A DNA stretch of 64,000 nt. Origin: Promethearchaeota archaeon Loki_b32 (lineage in GTDB: Archaea; Asgardarchaeota; Lokiarchaeia; Sigyniarchaeales; SOKP01). Within the stretch, counting starts at the first letter, position 1. Every line of letters starts with the position of its first letter. Positions 48,744 through 58,800 of this stretch are shown one piece after another. Position numbers and translations under genes: made by a program. The stretch is from positions 171,950 through 235,949 of the forward strand of contig NJBH01000002.1 of the NCBI GenBank assembly GCA_005223125.1. The letters run 5' to 3'. The notes beneath the pieces are model-generated. The model was given only the letters and a program-made list of their open reading frames with translations, was not told where the DNA came from and made no database searches.

Positions 48744-49175
48744 CTAAGAAGAAAAACCAAGTACTATAGCCAGAATAGATAAAATCAAAGAAACTCCTGA
48801 AATCACCATGGCAATAATGCCTAAAACTAAATTGAGTTTATGTTCTTTTAATTCTTGCATTATAGAGAGATATATAGTTATATTCTTTAATAGATGATCT
48901 TTATTATTATGTACTGATTCTCTCCATTTTATATTTTGAGGTTTATAATCTGCTGTATCTGTTTCCTTCTTTTGGATATATTTTATTAATTTCATAAGAT
49001 CTCTGTAACCCTTTCTTAATTCTCCCAGTTCACTAGGATAATCTGCTAGTAACTCATAGAGACTTCTAGAGATTTCTAAATAAGCATCCGCTAATGTATG
49101 GAGATCTATTTTCTCCAATTCTAGGTATTTTTTTAAATTATCTGAAGGTTTAACAATTTCTAATTCTAAAGTCAT
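48744..49175 (-). CDS. Helical protein with C-terminal TM anchor
   Basis: 143-aa ORF ending LVLGIIAMVISGVSLILSILAIVLGFSS. Confidence 0.6.
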   Translation of the reverse strand: MTLELEIVKPSDNLKKYLELEKIDLHTLADAYLEISRSLYELLADYPSELGELRKGYRDLMKLIKYIQKKETDTADYKPQNIKWRESVHNNKDHLLKNITIYLSIMQELKEHKLNLVLGIIAMVISGVSLILSILAIVLGFSS

Positions 49176-49195
49176 ATTGTTCTTTTAATTATAGT

Positions 49196-49256
49196 TCTTT
49201 ATTTTTACAATTATGTTTATATGATTAAAAATCCCATTATTAATAAGCGAATAGAG
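49196..49256. repeat. 61-bp upstream element, copy 2
   Basis: 53/61 identical to 44482-44542, including CATTATTAATAAGCGAATAGAG. Confidence 0.8.
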
Positions 49257-49382
49257 GCTATTACAAAACTAATTTAAAATGCGGTTGTCGTAATAATAGG
49301 CTTGAAATATACGAGCTTTTTAAGTTCGAAAATAATAAAAAAAGTAAAAATAAAGAATTTGATTCTAAAAGGAGTAGTGATT

Positions 49383-49613
49383 TTAATCTTTCTTCTCTTC
49401 TTTTAAACCACTCTTTTCATAAGCTTTCTTTATTGCATCTTTTACTTTAGTCATTATTTGTGGACTTGTAGCTATTTATTGCATAATCGGAGAAACATCT
49501 AAGGGAGACATTTGTGCTTGTTTTGCTTTTATTACACTTTCTACTGTAATCTTCTTTTCTTCTAAACCTAATTTCTTTTCTTCTAAATCTAATCTTCTTT
49601 TTTCAAATTCTTG
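49383..49613 (-). pseudogene. Decapitated coiled-coil gene remnant at the right island junction
   Basis: Manual translation QEFEKRRLDLEEKKLGLEEKKITVESVIKAKQAQMSPLDVSPIMQ*IATSPQIMTKVKDAIKKAYEKSGLKEEKKD*; no start, one internal stop. Confidence 0.5.
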
Positions 49614-49891
49614 TTCCTAAATGCTTGAAAGACCTCGTCAACCAACGGAATTTTTCTTCCATCTTTAGACTTGATTTTCTCAATCTCTTCGAAAGTTAAT
49701 TTACTTATAGAGCTATATTTCTCACCTATTTTGAAATATCTATCATGAAAACAAATTAACTTTTTATCTTTAGTTGCTCGAATATCTGTTTCAATTCCTG
49801 CTCCCATACTTATTGCTTTTTTAAAAGAAGGAATCGTATTCTCAATTTCATACCCCGAAGCTCCTCGATGAGCAAAAATATAAGGTTTCAT
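49589..49891 (-). pseudogene. Glycerophosphodiester phosphodiesterase, N-terminal part truncated by the island
   Basis: IFAHRGASGYEIENTIPSF..IETDIRATKD..CFHD; runs into island sequence and stops. Confidence 0.9.
49614..49789 (+). repeat. Right direct repeat of island (176 bp)
   Basis: Aligns to 41963-42138. Confidence 0.95.
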
Positions 49892-49990
49892 TTTTTATAA
49901 AAAAAGCCTAGTTTTTGATTGAATAAGCTGAAAAAAATACTTTTTATTTAAATCTAAATTACTAATATTACTTAATGTTTACTCAAGATT

Positions 49991-50842
49991 TTGATTAATA
50001 TGACACAAGACAATGGAAGTAGCCAAACAGATGATAACCAAAATTTTTCAACAAAATTGAAAAAATACTTTAAGAATTTATTTGATTTTTCTAATTACGA
50101 TGTTAAAACTATTGTATACGTTATTTTATTTATAGTCTTAATTATAATATCCTTAGTTTTATTATATTTTATATTTTTTATAGATAATACAATATTGTAC
50201 CGATTTGTAGTAGAATTTTTTGTAAATCCGGTCTACAACTTAGAATTTGTTGGTATCTTTTTATTTATAGCAATTATGGGAATTCAAGGGCTTCTTGTAC
50301 CTCTGCCCTCAGAGTTAGTCTTATTAGCAACCGGAATGATTTGGGGTTGGTTTTTAGGGGGAATAATGGGAATTATTGGTTCAATGGCTGCAGCTGCGTT
50401 ATGTTATTATGTAAGTAGACGTGGTGGACGCCCTTTGGCTGAAAAATTTGTTGGTGAAAAAGCTATTAATATTGCTGATGATTTCATTAGAAAGCATGGT
50501 ATGATGGCAATTATTATCACACGGTTTATTCCATTTATTCCTTTTGATGTAATATCCTACACTTCAGGATTGGTTGATATTGATGTGAAAAAATATTTAA
50601 TAGGAACTTTGATTGGGTCTATCTTCAGAGCATTTTTTTATGCAACATTAGGATGGTTATTGTTTATGAGATATGATCTTCCACTCCCCCTAGACTTTGA
50701 TCTTTTACCTTTAAATGTAATTATTGAGCAATCTAATTATTTCAATACTATATTAATAATAATTTTAGCAGGTCTAGGTCTAATGATAATCTTGTATTAC
50801 CTGCTAATAAGAAAATTAGAAAAAAAAAAGGAATCTAATTAA
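49991..50842 (+). CDS. TVP38/TMEM64/VTT (DedA, SNARE-associated) membrane protein
   Basis: IQGLLVPLPSE..GMIWG, RFIPFIPFDVISYTSG, GTLIG. Confidence 0.9.
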   Translation: MINMTQDNGSSQTDDNQNFSTKLKKYFKNLFDFSNYDVKTIVYVILFIVLIIISLVLLYFIFFIDNTILYRFVVEFFVNPVYNLEFVGIFLFIAIMGIQGLLVPLPSELVLLATGMIWGWFLGGIMGIIGSMAAAALCYYVSRRGGRPLAEKFVGEKAINIADDFIRKHGMMAIIITRFIPFIPFDVISYTSGLVDIDVKKYLIGTLIGSIFRAFFYATLGWLLFMRYDLPLPLDFDLLPLNVIIEQSNYFNTILIIILAGLGLMIILYYLLIRKLEKKKESN

Positions 50843-50930
50843 TGAATAAAGAAGTTAACTATTATTAGAACTAATCTATAATATTGTGATATTACTCCTT
50901 TTTTTAAAAAATTGTAATAAATAGTAGCGT

Positions 50931-51104
50931 ATGGATGAAAATGAAAAAGATTTCAAAGAAATTGATGTAAAGGGAAATTTTGAACTTATTGAAACAGAAT
51001 TTTTCAAAGCACTCAATAAAGCCATAAGTACAAATAATATAAACACAATCTATGGACTTTCAAAAATTTTCACTCGATATCTCTTTAAAAAATTAGATAA
51101 TTAA
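50931..51104 (+). CDS. Small hypothetical protein (57 aa, below the ORF-track cutoff)
   Basis: ATG..TAA frame MDENEKDFKEIDVKGNFELIETEFFKALNKAISTNNINTIYGLSKIFTRYLFKKLDN. Confidence 0.4.
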   Translation: MDENEKDFKEIDVKGNFELIETEFFKALNKAISTNNINTIYGLSKIFTRYLFKKLDN

Positions 51105-51368
51105 AGTTTTGTATATTTAAATTAAGTGATATTGATTTTTACTTCATTCTGGATAGAAGATTTTAGGACACATTTGTAAATGAACTTTCATATTTTTGTA
51201 TAAAATTTGTTTTTTTTTGTGTACAAAGATTAATTTGTTCGTAACAATAGTATAAAAAATTTTTGTTTTACGTTCATTTATTAATTGGAATTTTTATTAA
51301 AAAATTAAGTACAAGTAATTAAAAATTATAAAAATTAAGAAATAAAGATTTGAAAAATAGGAGGTTGT

Positions 51369-51629
51369 ATGATGACAGTTAGTCCACATCCACAAGACTA
51401 TGAGAGAATTTTACAAGATAACCTAAAGTCTGAACTAGAATGGTTGGTAGAAGAATTTGAGCTACTTTTTAAAAATAAAAAAGAAAAAACAAAAGAAGTG
51501 CTAATGTTAGGAAATAAAATTCTAGATAATATCATTGACAATATTAAGACAAGCAACAGTGAAGAATTGATTAATCTACTAGCAATCACTTTAAACAACA
51601 ATGAAACCTCTTATCCAGAATTCTTTTAA
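51369..51629 (+). CDS. Small helical hypothetical protein
   Basis: Strong SD (AGGAGGT) and intact 86-aa frame. Confidence 0.7.
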   Translation: MMTVSPHPQDYERILQDNLKSELEWLVEEFELLFKNKKEKTKEVLMLGNKILDNIIDNIKTSNSEELINLLAITLNNNETSYPEFF

Positions 51630-51903
51630 TTGTTTTCACCTATTCGATTTCTCTTTTCTCTCAATTTGCATTATCATTTATAATTTTGCACTTTTCTAAA
51701 CTAATTTAATTTTTTAATATCTAATGTTAGATGAATTTTATATTTTAACGTTATCTAAGATTGATTTCTAAAAAGATAATTTATTATAAGAAAAAAACCC
51801 AATATTAAAAAAGAAAAATAAAATTAAGGAACGCAAATTTACCTTAATTATAAGAAAAGAAATTCATCAAATAATCAATTTGTAAATTAAATTAACCAAA
51901 ATT

Positions 51904-52989
51904 ATGGAAAGAATAATTCTAACGCATTGGAGTTCATCGATCGGTCCAGAACCAATTATACAGTATCCCCCCGAGAAACTCTTCCCTGCAAAAGATCTCT
52001 TCTTAAAAATCTGGGCGAAACATGAATTAAATAAAGAAAATTCCGTAATTGAATTTACCCCTGAGGATGAGGATAACAGTTATGTCTCAGTTATACAGCG
52101 ATTTGAAGGAGAAGTTTACTTCCTCATTTTAGTGTATAGTAAAGAAGATATGCATGATGATATAATCAAGGAATCCCCAGAAATATTAGCTCTTATCAGC
52201 AAAAATTTAATCGAATTGATCAATACAAATAAAATTACACGTACAATATCTGAAGCATATAATACAATAAGAAACTATTCGAAATTAGACGAGGAAGAAA
52301 ATTTAATAAACTTTTTTCAGGACAGAATCAAATACACTATCTTACAAATTCTGAGAAATGGAGTAATATCTAAACAAAAACTCACTAATATTTTAAGACA
52401 TGAATATGGGTTCTCTACTGTAAATATTGATTTAATTTTAATATCCTTCTTTCATGAAAATTTATTAGTAAAAAAAAATGTACCAGGGAGTAAAGAATGC
52501 TTCTTTCTAATAAGAGATCTTTCATGTACTAGAATTCCACCCGATAATTTGCCTTCAGGACAAATAGAAGAAAATTTGTTAAGAAAATTTAAATCGGCCT
52601 TAAAGAAATATTATCAAGAATTCTATAATGCTTCAGATTTCGAAAATAAAACAATAATGCAAACAGTCCTCTTTAATAAAGATGTATTTTCTCTTTTAAA
52701 AACACTCAGAAAAAAGCAAATAACTGTTAATGATTGTTTAAATATTCTAAATAACAAGGAAGAACTATTCAATGAGCTAATAGATAAAAAATTTATTTAT
52801 GAAGCAAAGGGACATGTTTATCTCTTTTCAGATGTACGTTTTATTAAATTCAGTCCATATTACCTTATCGAAAAACTAGTTGATAGATATCAAAACCAAG
52901 AAATATCATTTAATGAATATATAGCACATTTAAAGCTCTTAACCGAGCAGATGGAAGAACCTTTCTCTCTAGATTATGAAATTGTGTAG
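51904..52989 (+). CDS. Longin/uDENN (NPR2/NPRL2-like) protein with winged-helix-like C-terminal region
   Basis: IILTHWSSSIGPEPIIQYPPE..KDLF..KHEL resembles the NPRL2/uDENN N-terminus; ILQILRNGVISKQKLTNIL..LLVKK wH-like segment. Confidence 0.6.
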   Translation: MERIILTHWSSSIGPEPIIQYPPEKLFPAKDLFLKIWAKHELNKENSVIEFTPEDEDNSYVSVIQRFEGEVYFLILVYSKEDMHDDIIKESPEILALISKNLIELINTNKITRTISEAYNTIRNYSKLDEEENLINFFQDRIKYTILQILRNGVISKQKLTNILRHEYGFSTVNIDLILISFFHENLLVKKNVPGSKECFFLIRDLSCTRIPPDNLPSGQIEENLLRKFKSALKKYYQEFYNASDFENKTIMQTVLFNKDVFSLLKTLRKKQITVNDCLNILNNKEELFNELIDKKFIYEAKGHVYLFSDVRFIKFSPYYLIEKLVDRYQNQEISFNEYIAHLKLLTEQMEEPFSLDYEIV

Positions 52990-53075
52990 TTTTATTAAAC
53001 AAGATAAATCTGTTTATCTAAATCTGTAGATTCAGATTTAATTTTAAAAAAAAAATTTAATAAAGTTAATAAGTT

Positions 53076-53786
53076 TCATTCTCGAAGTCCAAAATAAAAC
53101 AACCAAGCCGAAATGACCATGGCAGACCGTATAAATATTAAAATTATACCAGGAGAAAACAAACCATCCATTACAGCACCGAGTATGTATATAAATGCTC
53201 CTGATGATATTAGAAGAAATTTTGTTCTTATTGATCCGGTAGATTTAATCCCTTTATTAAGAAATCCAAATCCGACAAAAATAAGAAGTGATAATAAGAA
53301 CACCAAAGCGGCTATACCCGCTACAGATTCAAAAACTAGATTATCGTTGATTAAATTTTCACCCGCAATTGCAGGTTCTACATATGTAACGGAACCTGAT
53401 AAATCTAGAAAGAGAAACAATTCGAAAATTATACCCAGAATTATGTAAACCGAAAATATAAACCATTTTTTCTTTGGAGTTAGAAGAATAGTACCAATGT
53501 ACATAGCAGGAAGAACAGCTCCAGGAAACCACATCCAATTTATAAGCCCGATTATACCAAATGAATTATCTACATTGGATCCAGTTATTAAGATTGTAAA
53601 AAAATCTAAAACATCTCCCGTATATACTAGAGCAGCAAAAACATAAATTAAACCTAAATATATTAAGAGCTTTGATTTCTTTTTTAGTGCTTTAATAACA
53701 AAGAATAAACCAAAAACAAGTGAGAAAAAGAAAACTCCTAATGCTGTAATCCCACTCAACCACCCAACATAAGAAAGTGCGATCAT
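53076..53786 (-). CDS. Multi-pass (about 7 TM) membrane sensor-like protein
   Basis: About seven hydrophobic helices, no soluble output domain; SD AGGTGA. Confidence 0.65.
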   Translation of the reverse strand: MIALSYVGWLSGITALGVFFFSLVFGLFFVIKALKKKSKLLIYLGLIYVFAALVYTGDVLDFFTILITGSNVDNSFGIIGLINWMWFPGAVLPAMYIGTILLTPKKKWFIFSVYIILGIIFELFLFLDLSGSVTYVEPAIAGENLINDNLVFESVAGIAALVFLLSLLIFVGFGFLNKGIKSTGSIRTKFLLISSGAFIYILGAVMDGLFSPGIILIFIRSAMVISAWLFYFGLRE

Positions 53787-53993
53787 TAATCACCTAATTA
53801 TGAAATCTATTTTTTATAAAAATATATTTTAATAACAAGAACTAATTTCATTTTAGAATTAATAAATATTATGGGTAATGCTTAGAATGAAAAAAACTCT
53901 TTTCATTTTAATTTTAACCCTTGGATTAATAGTAGATATAAATTTGATATGTTTTAGGATTTATATCTTATAATAATTCTTTTTTTTTAAAAA

Positions 53994-54686
53994 CTAAAGA
54001 GTTAGGATCGAAGTATCTGAAATTTTTTTATCGATTGGGGCTTTACCATCTCCATATATGTGATATAATCCCGTTCTTCGTGCTATCTCATAAAAACTGC
54101 GATAGATATCCTTTTCTTGATCAAATAGTGCGCAAGTTTTATAAATTAATGGATTCCACATATTTAACTCATGTTGAGGGTCATACCATAAGTTTTCTTG
54201 TTTTAAAATTTGAATAAAATCTTCATGGTCGATTATCTCTTTAAGATCTTGTTTATTGAGCATGACTATAAATGGGATAAATTTAATGAGCTTTCCTTTT
54301 GTTATGTTTTTTAATTCTAATAAGAATTCAATATTATCTTCAAAGAATTTTATTTGGGAATCAACAACAAAAATTACAGCATCAGTTTCGGCATCAAGCT
54401 TATTAAAAACTTTAATTCTTAATGAACTGAAACCTTTTTGACCCGCTACTGTATATACTCTATAGTATACCTTCCTCTTTTTTGTTGATTGAAATATTCC
54501 TCTATCAAAATAAAGTGTTGCACCACTTGTCCTGTCGATTTTTTGTAAATCACTTACAGGAATTATTTCTCTATTACCTTCCTTAGTTAAATTGTAGAGA
54601 GTTTCTAATATGGTAGTCTTTCCACTTCTTGACATACCATAATATACTATTTTAAAAAAGATGTTTCCTTCTTTATATTGAACCAT
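53994..54686 (-). CDS. MglA/Arf-like small GTPase
   Basis: KIVYYGMSRSGKTT (G1), TLYFD (G2), YTVAGQ (MglA-type G3), DAVIFVVDS, NKQDL (G4), TCA (G5). Confidence 0.9.
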   Translation of the reverse strand: MVQYKEGNIFFKIVYYGMSRSGKTTILETLYNLTKEGNREIIPVSDLQKIDRTSGATLYFDRGIFQSTKKRKVYYRVYTVAGQKGFSSLRIKVFNKLDAETDAVIFVVDSQIKFFEDNIEFLLELKNITKGKLIKFIPFIVMLNKQDLKEIIDHEDFIQILKQENLWYDPQHELNMWNPLIYKTCALFDQEKDIYRSFYEIARRTGLYHIYGDGKAPIDKKISDTSILTL

Positions 54687-54894
54687 TCAATAACACACAA
54701 AAAAATATGATTGTAAAATACATAAAATTTCTAAAATTAAAGATTTTACTTCTTCCATTGATTAGTAAAAACTAGGATAATAACATTCTAACTTAAAATT
54801 AATAAATTACTGGTTAAACGATTCCTATTAATTTAAATATTAATATAGATATATGATACTTAATAAATCCTACTTTAAACGATAATATCTAAGC

Positions 54895-55851
54895 ATGGAA
54901 AGCACAGAATTCAAAATTAACGAATATCTTTCATTGGAATTATGGGGGGGTAAGACATTTATTTATGTGAATGGTAAGAAATTCAAGCAGTGTAAATATG
55001 TATTACTCAATATCCCTATCGAAGATATTCAGAAGTACTCCTCTATAGAATCTATTGATGAAATCATATACAACCTAGACCAATCATTAGAGGAATATCC
55101 AGAAATTCTCACTCCTGAAGTAGAGTTCTGGTCACACTGTTCAAACTTACAAGCATGGGCAGAAAATAACTATAATACTGATATATTAGATTCATTTCTA
55201 TCTTTCCCCTTATTAAAAAAGTTGACAAAAGAGGGAGATTTTCAAGCTAAAAGAGTCTTCAAAGAAGAAATCGTGAAACGATTAATAAGAGGAGATATTA
55301 ATAATGTATTATATCTAATTAATGAAGGATATCTAGAATTTTTAACAAATGAAGAAATAACCTCTGTTCTCTCTTCTGAAAACTGCCTTCTATTCGAAAA
55401 AATATTTAATATCTTTAAAAAAGGCAATTATGACCAATTTAATGAAGCTGATATCGTGTATGACGATATTGGTAAATATCTATATCTGAAAATTGAAAAG
55501 AAATTAAAGAAAGCGTTTGATACGAAAAGTATAGAGGATTTATATACCTTTCTCAATTACCAGATGCTAGACGTATTATCTGAAGAAGAAATTCTATTAT
55601 TATTCGAACACCCTATGAATTTACTGGAAAAAACATTAAATATACTAAATGGTATTGAATATAAAGAGGTAAAAATAGGAGAATATGGATTTTTCTCGGA
55701 AAAAGTCGAGAAAATTCTCGGAGATAGAATTAAGGAAAAAATCTTAGATGTGATTCACAAAGGAAACATTAAATACTCTGTATTATGGGGATTAGACCTA
55801 TTAAGATATCTAGAAAATGAGGATACGGAATACTTAGACTATTTAAAGTAA
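54895..55851 (+). CDS. Hypothetical protein with the N-terminal domain I recall from Lokiarchaeal LRR-type proteins
   Basis: EFKINEYLSL..KTFIYVNG.KF.QCKYVLLNIP..EFWSHCSNLQAWAENNY..FPLLKKL, then helical repeats. Confidence 0.6.
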   Translation: MESTEFKINEYLSLELWGGKTFIYVNGKKFKQCKYVLLNIPIEDIQKYSSIESIDEIIYNLDQSLEEYPEILTPEVEFWSHCSNLQAWAENNYNTDILDSFLSFPLLKKLTKEGDFQAKRVFKEEIVKRLIRGDINNVLYLINEGYLEFLTNEEITSVLSSENCLLFEKIFNIFKKGNYDQFNEADIVYDDIGKYLYLKIEKKLKKAFDTKSIEDLYTFLNYQMLDVLSEEEILLLFEHPMNLLEKTLNILNGIEYKEVKIGEYGFFSEKVEKILGDRIKEKILDVIHKGNIKYSVLWGLDLLRYLENEDTEYLDYLK

Positions 55852-55881
55852 ACTATTCCTATAAAAAAAAATAAAAAAAAA

Positions 55882-58800
55882 TTATAAGGCTCCAGAGTTT
55901 AGTAACCTATATATCTCTGAAAGACTTGTAGTACCAAACATAGCCTCAATAATGAAATCAAGTCGTCTTACCATTAATCTGTTAAAAAGAAGATCTCCCT
56001 CAATAGCTAACCCAAGGTCTCTTACTAATTCTGGACTTACATAACCATAATCTTTATTAGATAACGCTGTGAATATGTCTGGTGCAAATAATAACTGAAA
56101 TAACCATCTAAAAGCATTACCAGATGGACGTCCACCAGCACTAGGATCGAGATAAGGCAACTGTGAAGCCCCTTTTATAACGTCAATTAACTTCTCCTTA
56201 GTGATCAATCCGTCTGCGACCATCGCAATGAGTTGTGGCTTTAAATATAATTCAAACAAGATACTATTATACTCATCGAAACTCCCAAGAGTCCTACCGA
56301 GCAAACTCTCAACTGTCTTTCTGCTATACGGGATGATTTCAACTTGGAAAGATCTATCCTTCCAATTCTTCATAACTTCATGAGCACTTTGCTTAGTCCT
56401 GTAAAAATAGTTCTTAAGGTCGTGACTTTGCACTCCTGATTTTGCCAACTGAATCAAATAATTTGTGAGAACTTCACTCCTGATATCCTTCCAATTCCTA
56501 CTAGGATAATAATAATCTAAGATTTTATTAATGACACCTGAAGACTCTCTGAAATACCATTGTAAGTCTGCCTTCTCCAAACCAAAACGTATTGCTGAAT
56601 CTAGATTCTCCTTTGAAATATAAATATAATACTTTGCTTCATCCACCTCTATTGGAACATTACTTATCCCCTCAACGATAGCCCTTATCCTGCGATCATC
56701 ATATTTTCTCCCTATTATGGCGTTAAACTTAAGATTCTTTTCTAGATTATAATACATCCTACCATTGATCCTATTGACATAAATTGTATAGAAAATCTCC
56801 AGATTATCTCTTTGCTTCTTTGTCGCAGCCATATCAATAGGAACAGACTCAAAATAATCATTGAATCGGGCATTCTTAGGAATGGCACCTTCCGCTTTCA
56901 AGGATTTAAAATAAGCAATTCTGAAGTATACATTACTCGTACGTTTAAGACTCTCTAAAAGAGATATACTATGCCTACCTGTTATACTACGCATAGACCT
57001 AGGGCTCGTCGCATAACCTACTTCAAAAATAGGCTTTGCTAACTTAATACCAGTAAACAAATCTCGTTTCTGCATTAATGCGTAGATGACATAGAAATCT
57101 TTACGTCCTAATAAGCCCAATCTTTTTGCAGTTCTCATCAATCTGTACTGCAACTTTACTCTACGAGAAATAATAGGATCTCTGTCAAGAGGAGTTCGCC
57201 AACTCATGGTATCCATTTTCTTAAGATGACTCGTTACTTTTCTAAAGCTGTTTACGTATATACTATTAGGACGATTTTGGATAAACCAATCACAGAACTT
57301 GAGGGGGTTCATATATTCTCGGTTATTGAAGAGTAATTCCTTCTCTTCATCTGTCATCTCGTCAATTGCTTTATCAAACTCTTCTATTATTCTATCATTC
57401 TCGGACATTGCAGGCTTTGGAGGTCGTGGAACCAGATAATCAGGATTAGTTGGATTCTTTGGATCCCATGAAAGAGTATTCCCTTTCATATCAAGTTTCC
57501 CTAATAACTCTGAAGCTTCAAGCTCGCGTTCATGCTCTTGCATTGCTTTTCTATACATTTCTATATGAATTTCATCAAATACAGGTCCTACAGCAACTGT
57601 CAGACCACCATATGTGCTTCCTAAATTTTTAGTCTCTTCAACCATTTGAGATGTCGGAACAGGTCTTTGTGTCTCATCAAGCTTAGCAATATAAGCTTGA
57701 AGTTCACTAATAAGCTTAGGTCCAAGGGTGTCTATCTTTTGTGGTTGTATGTGTTCTTTCTTTAATACCGCTCCAAACATATCCTTTATGGAATCGACGC
57801 CTTCTACCGATGTTCCGGCGACTATCATGATGTTCCCGAGCGCTGTACCAATTGAACCTCCAAAACCTCCTGCCATGGCTCCGGCAAACATCAAAATGGT
57901 CGAAAGTCCTTCCTTGATATATTCTTGTCTTATCTGTTGTTGAGCTTTAGCTTCTTGAGTAGCTCGTACGTTCTCTATATTGTCCTGTATTTGAGTCTCA
58001 ATACTATTTAGCTGAATGTTGGTATCTACTTGAGTTCTGCCTCCGAAACCTGCTCGCATGAAAGAAGTTACACTGCTTAGGAATTGTTCACGCCCGCTCT
58101 CGGCAAGTCCGCTCCAAAGTATCTGTGAAATCTCACTTCCTCCCATATCTTTTATCTTGTTGGTGACGTAGGCTTCAATCATGGGGTCCACATAGAGTTC
58201 TTCTAAGGTTTCGGTAATTACAGCACAGGTGACCTTGAACATATTGAAGGCAAGACTTCGTCCCGATGTTTTTAGTGCTTGGTCAGCCATAGTAGATATT
58301 TTCTCATAGGCTTTAGAAGCCGCACCAAACTTAGTTAAAGACTTCGAGGCTGCGTTAGCATAAACATTCGCCTCAACACCGGCAAAAGCTTTATTTAAGC
58401 CCCATGTTGCGCCTATAACAATAAGCGTGCTGGTAATTGTTATAAATGTGGTATAGCAAATTTCACTCAAGCGTTCCTGAGTACGCTCCGCGATTGTATA
58501 TTGGTATGTATACTCTAAGATGGACTGATGAATCGATTGCATGGTGGCAATGCGTTGCGCCTCTTCAGGAGTAATATCGCCTCTCTCAACCGTTATATCC
58601 CGATATTTTTCAATATAGAATTCAAGGACAATATAAGCATCATACCAATAAATACCTTTATTATCTTCTTTTGCACCATTAATTTCGGAATTAAAGTACA
58701 AATCTTTATCTGAAGTAAAAGTAACCTCTCCAGTGATATTATTATACTCGTGGCTACTTACAAAATCTCCTAAAGGTCTCTTATTTCCTAATGTATCTAC

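Larger units (their letters stand above)
41963..49789. mobile_element. ~7.7 kb genomic island inserted in the GDPD gene; putative defence island; no integrase seen
   Basis: 176-bp direct repeats, split host gene, cargo of HEPN-like, Abi-like, GIY-YIG and small TM ORFs. Confidence 0.85.

Noticed and set aside
41963-49789. Integrase or transposase within the island, including an SSV-type split integrase
   Set aside because: No tyrosine-recombinase R-H-R-Y, serine-recombinase or DDE motifs in any ORF or junction fragment
54895-55851. Immunity protein for the adjacent giant toxin-like ORF
   Set aside because: Convergent orientation, host-like AT content and resemblance to a common Lokiarchaeal family argue against a dedicated immunity gene
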